From NCBI GenBank assembly GCA_030587475.2, contig JAUQYZ020000234.1, forward strand, positions 1 to 21,239: DNA of 21,239 nucleotides, written 5' to 3'. The notes below the pieces were generated by a model. That model did not search any database, was not told where the DNA came from, and was given only the letters and a program-made list of their open reading frames with translations. Shown here one piece after another: positions 1 through 6,930 of this stretch. Source of the stretch: Candidatus Sigynarchaeum calidifontis (GTDB lineage: Archaea; Asgardarchaeota; Lokiarchaeia; Sigyniarchaeales; Sigyniarchaeaceae). The position numbers and the translations under genes are program-made. Each line of letters begins with the position of its first letter. Position 1 is the first letter of the stretch.

Positions 1-689
1 ACGAGATGGTGCAGTACCACACGGGCAAGGGTCTGCACGAGAGCAAGGATGCCGTCCGGTTTGCCTTGCGCGTGCTTGTCGAGATGGAGCGCATCCGCAG
101 GGAATATGTCAAGGAAACGGGGCTCACCTTTGCCATCGCAAGGACGCCGGCCGAGTCGACCGCGAGCAGGTTCGCCGTGCTCGACCTTATGCACTACCCC
201 GCGCAGGCCGAGACCGTCGTGAAGGGTGACCGCACGAACTGGAAGAAGAAATACGAGGAGGAAGGCCGCACGGGCGTGCCCGTGTACTACACGAACGGCT
301 TCATGATCGAGCACGGTGCTCAAGTGCCCTTGCACAAGAAGATCGAGATCGAGGAGAAGTGTTTCCCATTGCTATCTGGCGGGAACATCATGAACGTGTT
401 TCTCGGCGAGCACACGCCCGACCCGGACGCGCTGCTCTCGCTCACGGAGAAGATCGCCAACACGAACGTGGGGTACTGGAGCTACACGACCGACCTGACC
501 GCGTGCAAACAATGCTTCAAGAACATGCCGGGGCTGCACGATAAATGCTACAACTGCGGGAGCGCCGACGTGGAAAGGTATTCAAGAATAACAGGATATT
601 ACCAAGCAGTGAGCGGGTGGAACGCTGGTAAGCAGCAAGAGTTGAAGGACCGGTATCGATACCAACTCGAAGACATCAATGCTTTCTGA
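1..689 (+). CDS. nrdD: Anaerobic (class III) ribonucleoside-triphosphate reductase, C-terminal part (5'-truncated by the window edge)
   Basis: The frame is open from the window edge. It has the TPAEST and YYTN motifs, a GGNI strand, the Zn ribbon CKQC...CYNC and the glycyl-radical loop YSRITGY followed by WNxGKxxE. Stop TGA at 687-689. Confidence 0.95.
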   Translation, partial: EMVQYHTGKGLHESKDAVRFALRVLVEMERIRREYVKETGLTFAIARTPAESTASRFAVLDLMHYPAQAETVVKGDRTNWKKKYEEEGRTGVPVYYTNGFMIEHGAQVPLHKKIEIEEKCFPLLSGGNIMNVFLGEHTPDPDALLSLTEKIANTNVGYWSYTTDLTACKQCFKNMPGLHDKCYNCGSADVERYSRITGYYQAVSGWNAGKQQELKDRYRYQLEDINAF

Positions 690-705
690 TTTTTCCCTTC
701 TTTTT
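690..705 (+). terminator. Archaeal-type oligo-T terminator candidate after nrdD
   Basis: TTTTTCCCTTCTTTTT lies immediately after the stop codon. Confidence 0.5.
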
Positions 706-853
706 AGTTCCAGTTAAATTGAGGCGTGTAAAGTTTTCACGCACGATGTAACTACTCATGCGTGCATAATTCCTTCTATTTCGAGAATCGACATCATATT
801 TTATCGAAGAATTGGGACAATTTCTAACGAGTGATTAAAGGATCTAATGAGAT

Positions 854-1321
854 TCAAGTACCATCGAGTAACTTGTCAATTTTCTCGTCGATCCGCTTCA
901 AGTCGTCCTTCGTCGCGAACTGCTTCAAGTCGTCCTTCGTCGCGAACTGCTTCGAATCCTCTTTCGTTACCATGTCACGCTTGATTGCCGCGATGTCATT
1001 TTTCAACACGTCGATATCTTGTCCTAATCGAAACACGGTATTTACCATGCCGCTATAAGATCCGATCGCTCCGATGGCGTTCTCGTCAGCGCTCTTTAAC
1101 AGCGGCAAGACCTCGTCGTCTATTTTTTTGCGCAAATCTTCCTTGAACTCGCGTTTCAAATCATTTGCCATCTCGTTCAAGGATGTTTCAAATCCCTTGA
1201 CGCTGTTATCGATCCGTTGCTCGAGCCGCTGGATGATGCACTTGTCGCGCTCGAGCGGGTCTGCGATCTCGAGACACTTGGCAACGCTTCCCGGGTCTCG
1301 TTTTTTCGCTGGATTCACCAC
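854..1321 (-). CDS. Hypothetical coiled-coil protein with C-terminal ATKDD nonad (beta-layer-type) repeats
   Basis: 155-aa charged, helical ORF. The C-terminus reads MVTKEDSKQ-FATKDDLKQ-FATKDDLKR and the N-terminus has CLEIADPLERDKC. GTG start, with a TTTAAA box at about 1354-1359 upstream. Confidence 0.75.
   Translation of the reverse strand: MVNPAKKRDPGSVAKCLEIADPLERDKCIIQRLEQRIDNSVKGFETSLNEMANDLKREFKEDLRKKIDDEVLPLLKSADENAIGAIGSYSGMVNTVFRLGQDIDVLKNDIAAIKRDMVTKEDSKQFATKDDLKQFATKDDLKRIDEKIDKLLDGT
895..975. repeat. 27-bp coding tandem repeat (2 perfect copies plus 1 degenerate copy)
   Basis: GCTTCAAGTCGTCCTTCGTCGCGAACT occurs at 895-921 and 922-948, with a degenerate copy at 949-975. There are no spacers, and it encodes the 9-aa repeat on the minus strand. 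Confidence 0.9.
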
Positions 1322-1442
1322 GATTCACTACCAGTGCTAACGCGATCTTTCCATTTAAACTACCCGGCCATTTTTCATCTTTCTCTCTGCCGCTCTACAT
1401 GTTGATGGTACTACTTTTATCGGTGAATGCCAAGATAAATCC

Positions 1443-3548
1443 ATGATATCGAAGACCCGCGTGCTCGTGAGCGTTCATTTTTCCATCGGCATCGCGCTGC
1501 TTGTAGTGTTTCTCGGCGGCCTTCTCATCGATGTAGAGGAAATCGCCTATTATATGGGGGTGGTCGGCCTTGGCGTGATACTGTTCCCGCTCATTGCCCT
1601 CGGTAGCTTGTACGATGAAATGCGGTCTGAAAAATTCGATGTAAAGCCGTGGTACATCGTTGCCTTGGGCCTCTCTGCCGTCGTGATGATCGTGGACGTC
1701 ATTCTCGGCGTGTTCATCGTGATCGCCATCACGTGCGCGTTCCTGGCTTGCACGTGGAGCATCGTCCTTTTACTGGATAGCCGGATTCGAGACCGGCTTG
1801 GCCGGTTTTCCATCGCCCTCGCGAGAGGGGTGTTCGTGTTTCTCGCCATTTTCATGTATTTCAACCACATCGACATCCCTGCCCGCGCGATCGCGGCCGG
1901 CATCCTCGAGCCGTGGGAAGCAATGTTCGATATCCTGGAAGGGATCTCGATGATCGGCATCATGGTCTTCTTGTTTGTCGTGTCCCGGTACCGGTTCGGT
2001 GGCCTTGTATCTCCCTTGATCGTCGTTTACGTGTACTTTTTCCCGGCACAGCAACTCGTGGACCACTATACCGAGATACCCGTCGAGCAATTACCCGCGT
2101 TCGCGATGATGGCTTCAATCCTCGTAGTGTTAGCGGTGAGCGCGGGCCTTGGCCTGGGACGGTGCATTTCAGAGACGACCGTGCTGGTCAAGAGCGGGCG
2201 ATCCGGTCTCCTTGGCCCATGGTTCGCCGCGCTTGTCAAGGATCGACGGTACCCGCGCGCGTCCGATATCAAGGAACGGCCATTCACGCCGGGGCAGAAA
2301 CACGTGGTGCTGAAAGGCATCGCGGTGTGCCTCGCCATGACCCTCGTGATCCTCCCGGGTTTCTTGCCGTACGGGAACGTGTTCAAGATCCCCATCCAGA
2401 TCGTGCCAAGAACGGATTATAACATGAGGTTCAGCTTCTGGGCAGCGCCATACATTAGTTACTATCCAGAAGAAGTTCGTGCCGAGCTGAGCATGTACCA
2501 TGCCAACCTTGATCTCACGATCAACCAAGTCACGCCGGGATACGTCAAAAACCTCACCGATTTCGAAACGTTCATGTCTGGCATCACGTACCGGGTCGTG
2601 ATCAGCCCGCCCTCGATCGACCAGCTTGCGACCTACGTGGAAACTGCCACGAATATCTTGCTTCCATACGCGACGAACGGGACCTTGCCGGGCTGGCGTG
2701 GTTTTTGCTTCGACATCGAAGGCTCCAGCTTCTCGGATGAGGGTTGTAACGGGTCGATAGACGACGAGATCGCCATCTGGAACAAGGTGTTCGACTGGGT
2801 CGGGAACCGGACGATTAATGGAAAACCTATCGAGATGGAATCCGTGAATTATGCCATGGAAATCGTCGATCAGGCATTTGACGGCGACATTGATCTCCAA
2901 GCGTTCGCCCGCCACGTGAGCGCGGTTCCTGATCGGTTCACGACCTACGCGCCGATGATATACCGCTGCGTGTTCACGGGGGAGAAACCCTATGGGTCGC
3001 CCATGGACTTGAGACGCATCTGGGGCACCTCGTATTCCGTGTACGCGTACTTGAAGACCATCTCGTCGCAAGTGCCGGTCGATCGCTTGGGTATCTATCT
3101 CGGGATCACGAACGCCTCGTGTTATGGGAGGGACCTGCCCCAACCGGAACCGGTCTCGTGGGGCAACGCGACGGGACTCGGCAACTTGCAGCGCGACGTG
3201 CTCATCGCTAAAAGCTTCGGGATCAAGGAAGTAACGTTTTTCTTGCTGCAGACGTATTACGTGCCGGGCGATTATTCGAATGGCGGTGTATTCGACACGT
3301 ATGGCATAAATTTCTTGCAAATCATGAACGACACCGCCAACACCAACCCACCCGAACGATTCGTCATCTATTATAACAAGCACGACGCGAACCTCAACCA
3401 GGCGTTGATGTTGGACTGGATCCTAGATTTTTCAAGGGGTTCCGGACTCTTGCAAGTTGCGGCCATGGCATCCGCGGCATCTCTCGCCGTGATTATACCA
3501 GTGATGGCGCGACGGCTGAAAAAAAAAATCGCAATGAAACAAGGATAA
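1443..3548 (+). CDS. Polytopic membrane protein with a putative extracytoplasmic glycoside-hydrolase-like (GH18/TIM-barrel-like) domain
   Basis: 701 aa. About 8-9 hydrophobic segments in the first ~310 aa, then a soluble domain with GWRGFCFDIE, YAPMIY and LGIYLG, then a C-terminal TM helix and basic tail. TTTTAT lies about 25 nt before the ATG, suggesting a leaderless transcript. The GH assignment is tentative. Confidence 0.7.
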   Translation: MISKTRVLVSVHFSIGIALLVVFLGGLLIDVEEIAYYMGVVGLGVILFPLIALGSLYDEMRSEKFDVKPWYIVALGLSAVVMIVDVILGVFIVIAITCAFLACTWSIVLLLDSRIRDRLGRFSIALARGVFVFLAIFMYFNHIDIPARAIAAGILEPWEAMFDILEGISMIGIMVFLFVVSRYRFGGLVSPLIVVYVYFFPAQQLVDHYTEIPVEQLPAFAMMASILVVLAVSAGLGLGRCISETTVLVKSGRSGLLGPWFAALVKDRRYPRASDIKERPFTPGQKHVVLKGIAVCLAMTLVILPGFLPYGNVFKIPIQIVPRTDYNMRFSFWAAPYISYYPEEVRAELSMYHANLDLTINQVTPGYVKNLTDFETFMSGITYRVVISPPSIDQLATYVETATNILLPYATNGTLPGWRGFCFDIEGSSFSDEGCNGSIDDEIAIWNKVFDWVGNRTINGKPIEMESVNYAMEIVDQAFDGDIDLQAFARHVSAVPDRFTTYAPMIYRCVFTGEKPYGSPMDLRRIWGTSYSVYAYLKTISSQVPVDRLGIYLGITNASCYGRDLPQPEPVSWGNATGLGNLQRDVLIAKSFGIKEVTFFLLQTYYVPGDYSNGGVFDTYGINFLQIMNDTANTNPPERFVIYYNKHDANLNQALMLDWILDFSRGSGLLQVAAMASAASLAVIIPVMARRLKKKIAMKQG

Positions 3549-3558
3549 TTGAGACATT

Positions 3559-4845
3559 GTGAACGGAATGGAGAACTCGCCTGCAATGAAGCCGCCTAGG
3601 TGGCGATATTTCAAGCGGAAGCCCCGGCACCCCGTTGACAGGCGCCGGGCACTGATCGCCTGGTACATCATCATGGGCGCGGGGATTTTCACCCCGTTAT
3701 TTTACTTGATCATCGGCAGCGATCACCCGCTTGTTATCAAGCCCTTTCCTGACCCGTTTATGTTCAACAACGGCACCCGCGTGAGTTCAGAATCGGATTG
3801 GAATTCAAGGCGGGCAGAAATCAAGGAATTGCTCCTCGGAACCGAATACGGGGCCATGCCGGGCCGTCCAGACCGCGTTTCCATCGCTGAAATCTCGACC
3901 AACGATCTCGGCGGGGGGCGAACCTTGCACGTCGTCATCCTTACAATCGTCCCTAACAACGCCAGTCCAGCTATTTCGTTCAACTTCACTGCGTGGATCT
4001 ACATCCCCAATGGGACAGGCCCGTTCCCGGCCGTCTTGAAGGTCGGGCGGGACGGGGAAGGGTTCAACGTGCCCGCGATGGAACGCGGTTACTTGCTCGC
4101 GTGTTACGACAACAAGGAACTTGACCCAGACACGGAGGGCCATGACATTAATGGGCCTGCCCAGGCCGCATATCCTGGGTACTCGTGGGGGAGCATCGCT
4201 GTCTGGGCGTGGGGCGCGATGCGCCTGGCAGATTATTTGCTTGGCGAGCCATGGGTCGACATTGGAACAGCATATGCGCCAAATATCGACCCCGGGATCC
4301 TCGCGATCACGGGGCACTCGCGCCGCGGCAAGACCGCGCTGCTCGCGGGCGCGCTGGACGAGCGGTTCACGATGGTCGTGCCCAACGGGAGCGGCTGCGG
4401 CGGCGCGGGCAGCTTCCTCGTCATGGGTCCGGCGTGCGAAACGATAGCGACCATGACCTCATCGATGCTGTACAAAGCATGGTTTAAAGAGGACTTCGGC
4501 CGGTTTGCGTGGAACGAAGCGCAGCTCCCGTTCGACCAGCATTTCCTCCGTGCCCTCGTCGCGCCGAGGTTGATGCTGTCAACAGATGCGCTGGATGATT
4601 TCTGGGCAAATCCCGTCGGGACGCAAGCTATCTACGATGCATCGATGCCCGTGTTCGATTTCTTGAACGCGTCCGCCCGGAACGGCATCCATTACCGGGA
4701 CGGCGGCCACGACCAGACCCTGGCTGACTTCGGCGTGCTACTCGATTTTGCGGACACGATGCTCCGGGGTATCATCCGGCCTACCAACTTCTACATGCGG
4801 CCGTTCCCCTTCGTTGCCCCGGTGAACTACGCCGCGCCAGCATGA
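3559..4845 (+). CDS. Membrane-anchored CE15-family (glucuronoyl esterase-like) alpha/beta hydrolase
   Basis: Motifs WGSIAVWAWG, GHSRRGK (nucleophile Ser), GSGCGGA, LPFDQHFLRALVAPR, DxWANP and GGH (His). A basic N-terminus precedes one TM helix. The start could be ATG 3568. Confidence 0.88.
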   Translation: MNGMENSPAMKPPRWRYFKRKPRHPVDRRRALIAWYIIMGAGIFTPLFYLIIGSDHPLVIKPFPDPFMFNNGTRVSSESDWNSRRAEIKELLLGTEYGAMPGRPDRVSIAEISTNDLGGGRTLHVVILTIVPNNASPAISFNFTAWIYIPNGTGPFPAVLKVGRDGEGFNVPAMERGYLLACYDNKELDPDTEGHDINGPAQAAYPGYSWGSIAVWAWGAMRLADYLLGEPWVDIGTAYAPNIDPGILAITGHSRRGKTALLAGALDERFTMVVPNGSGCGGAGSFLVMGPACETIATMTSSMLYKAWFKEDFGRFAWNEAQLPFDQHFLRALVAPRLMLSTDALDDFWANPVGTQAIYDASMPVFDFLNASARNGIHYRDGGHDQTLADFGVLLDFADTMLRGIIRPTNFYMRPFPFVAPVNYAAPA

Positions 4846-4866
4846 ACACGAAGGAGATGACGCATC

Positions 4867-5553
4867 GTGCATGAACGGGGACAGAAAGGATCGTTTTCTT
4901 TCGACGAGGAATACATACGGGGGCGGTTGTTACCGCTCGACTCGCCCGCGCGAGCGCGCTTGTCCCACGCCGGATTCGAGAATGCAGCAGTGTTGTTCTT
5001 GCTCGTCGCGCACGAATCATCTAAGCCATACGACCTGGTACTCTTCAAGCGCACGAAAAACGCGAACGATCGCCATTCGGGCGAGATCTCGTTCCCGGGG
5101 GGGCGACACGGGACCCGGGATCGCACCTTGGTTGACACGGCCGTGCGCGAGTGCGAGGAGGAACTCGGCATCCCGAGGGAAAAGATCACGATCCTCGGCT
5201 GTTTCGACGACTATTCCAGCCCGAAGCGGTTCATCATCACGCCAGTCGTTGGTTATATCCGACCGCCGTGCCAAATGACCAAGAACATTGCCGAGGTCGA
5301 CGAAATCATCCAGGTTCCCATCAATTTTTTTGCAAGCAAGGATCACTATTCTGACACCATTTTCAATCTCGACGGAGAGAAGCTCGCCGTCGCGAGATAC
5401 GAGTACGTGGACTCGGAGGGAAAAAAACACGTGATCTGGGGAGCGACAGGGCATCTCATCGCGCGGTACGTGGAAATCGTTCATGGCATCACCCTCATGG
5501 CACCCGGCACACGCCGGGCATCGCCTGAGGATTTCGTCCGGCTATACAAGTGA
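4867..5553 (+). CDS. Nudix hydrolase, CoA pyrophosphatase (NudL/PCD1-like) subfamily
   Basis: AAVL, the NuCoA-type motif KRT...HSGEISFPGG, the Nudix box TAVRECEEELGI and a C-terminal IWGATG. GGAGATGA SD lies 6 nt before the GTG. Confidence 0.9.
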   Translation: MHERGQKGSFSFDEEYIRGRLLPLDSPARARLSHAGFENAAVLFLLVAHESSKPYDLVLFKRTKNANDRHSGEISFPGGRHGTRDRTLVDTAVRECEEELGIPREKITILGCFDDYSSPKRFIITPVVGYIRPPCQMTKNIAEVDEIIQVPINFFASKDHYSDTIFNLDGEKLAVARYEYVDSEGKKHVIWGATGHLIARYVEIVHGITLMAPGTRRASPEDFVRLYK

Positions 5554-5600
5554 TGGAAAGTCGTCCCATCGCTATCTTCAACTGATTATTCAAGGTTCTC

Positions 5601-5730
5601 GAGTCACTAGGAGTCACTTTTTCAACATAGTAGTATCATTTAATTGTCTTGAAAATAGCATATAATGCCTTGATACGGCCTAAAAAATCTACTAGTCACG
5701 CTTATTTGGGATCAATCACGGGTCAGTCAC
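5601..5730 (+). promoter_or_regulatory. Promoter region of the MIPS operon with repeated (A)GTCAC-like motifs
   Basis: GAGTCACT at 5601 and 5611, TAGTCAC at 5693, CAATCAC at 5713 and CAGTCAC at 5724. A BRE/TATA-like GAAAATAGCATATAAT lies at 5651-5666. Confidence 0.45.
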
Positions 5731-6930
5731 ATGGGAAAGACGGCATCCGATGCGGAGGTCATCGCCTACCTCGACTCGCACACGTACAAGGAAACCATGG
5801 ACCATTTTAATATAAGCCGCATGACCATTGCCCGCATAAAAAAACGTAACATTTCTCAACGGAAAAGTGATTACATGCCAGAAAAGATCCAGCTCGCGAT
5901 CGTGGGACTTGGAAATGCCGCTTCTGCATTAATCCAGGGCATCGACTACTACAAGACCACGAGGAAACCAACGGGGTTGCTTCGCCCTACGCTAGCCGGT
6001 TACCACATCTCCGACATTCAGGTCGTGGCAGCGTTCGACATCGCATCGAGCAAGGTCGGCAAGCCCGTGGGCAAAGCCATCAAGGAGAATGAACTCGCAG
6101 TGGTCGTGGAACCATCTGCTGATTTCGATATACCTGTACTGATGGGAAATCCCCTCGATGGATACATCGAGGAGACAAAAGACATCATCAAGCCGGCAAA
6201 CATCGCGCCGGTCGACGTAGCCAAGGCATTGAAGGATAGCAACGCCGAGATCGTGCTTTGCTTGCTGCCTTCTGGTGCTGACGAAGCAGTAAAGTACTAT
6301 GCAGAGCAATCACTCAAGGCGGGATGCGCTTTCATCAACGCAACGCCGACGAGCATCGCCACCGACAAAGGATTTGCAAAACGGTATCAAGATGCAGGAT
6401 TACCGCTCATCGGCGATGATCTCCAAGATCAATTCGGTGCGACCATCCTCCACAAGCTGATCTTGCAGCAAATGCTCGATCGCGGCGTCGACATCAAGGA
6501 AAGCTACGCACTCGACGTTGGCGGCGGTAGCGAGAGCTTGAACACGATCTTCCGCGCCCGGGACGTGAAGCGTGCCATCAAGAGCATGTCGGTCGCAGGA
6601 GCACTCAACATCGATGCCCCTATCGTCGCAGGAACCTCGGATTATGTCGAACATCTCGGCAACGGTAGGAACTCGATGCTCTGGATCGTTGGAAAAGGGT
6701 TTTTAGGCTCTGAAATCATCATGGACGTGAAAATACAGACAGAAGATGGGCCAAACGGCGGCTCTGTACTCGCGGACGTGATCCGTGCGACCAAGGTCGC
6801 GCTGAACCAGGGCGCGTGCGGGGCGCTTGACGAGATATCCGCGTACGGCTTCAAAAAACCCCCCAAGTCTGTCAAGAACCCGCAAGAGGCCTATAGAAAC
6901 CTGGCAAATTTCATCTTGGGGATCAAATGA
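5731..6930 (+). CDS. Divergent myo-inositol-phosphate synthase-like protein with an N-terminal helix-turn-helix domain
   Basis: Residues 1-48 are HTH-like (YKETMDHFNISRMTIARIKKR). The MIPS fold follows, with AIVGLGNAASALIQG, VAAFDI, FINATP, GDDLQDQFGAT, EDGPN and FKKPP. Confidence 0.88.
   Translation: MGKTASDAEVIAYLDSHTYKETMDHFNISRMTIARIKKRNISQRKSDYMPEKIQLAIVGLGNAASALIQGIDYYKTTRKPTGLLRPTLAGYHISDIQVVAAFDIASSKVGKPVGKAIKENELAVVVEPSADFDIPVLMGNPLDGYIEETKDIIKPANIAPVDVAKALKDSNAEIVLCLLPSGADEAVKYYAEQSLKAGCAFINATPTSIATDKGFAKRYQDAGLPLIGDDLQDQFGATILHKLILQQMLDRGVDIKESYALDVGGGSESLNTIFRARDVKRAIKSMSVAGALNIDAPIVAGTSDYVEHLGNGRNSMLWIVGKGFLGSEIIMDVKIQTEDGPNGGSVLADVIRATKVALNQGACGALDEISAYGFKKPPKSVKNPQEAYRNLANFILGIK

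Noticed and set aside
895-975. 27-bp direct repeat as a mini-CRISPR array
   Set aside because: The copies are contiguous with no spacers, keep a coding frame, and have no cas genes nearby.
2169-3383. 404-aa antisense ORF
   Set aside because: It lies entirely opposite the 701-aa gene and has no motifs. It looks like a shadow ORF produced by GC-rich codon bias.
5731-5874. HTH as a transposase (IS630-like) remnant
   Set aside because: No DDE domain, terminal inverted repeats or target duplication are visible, and the HTH is cleanly in frame with MIPS. A distant mobile-element origin is not excluded.
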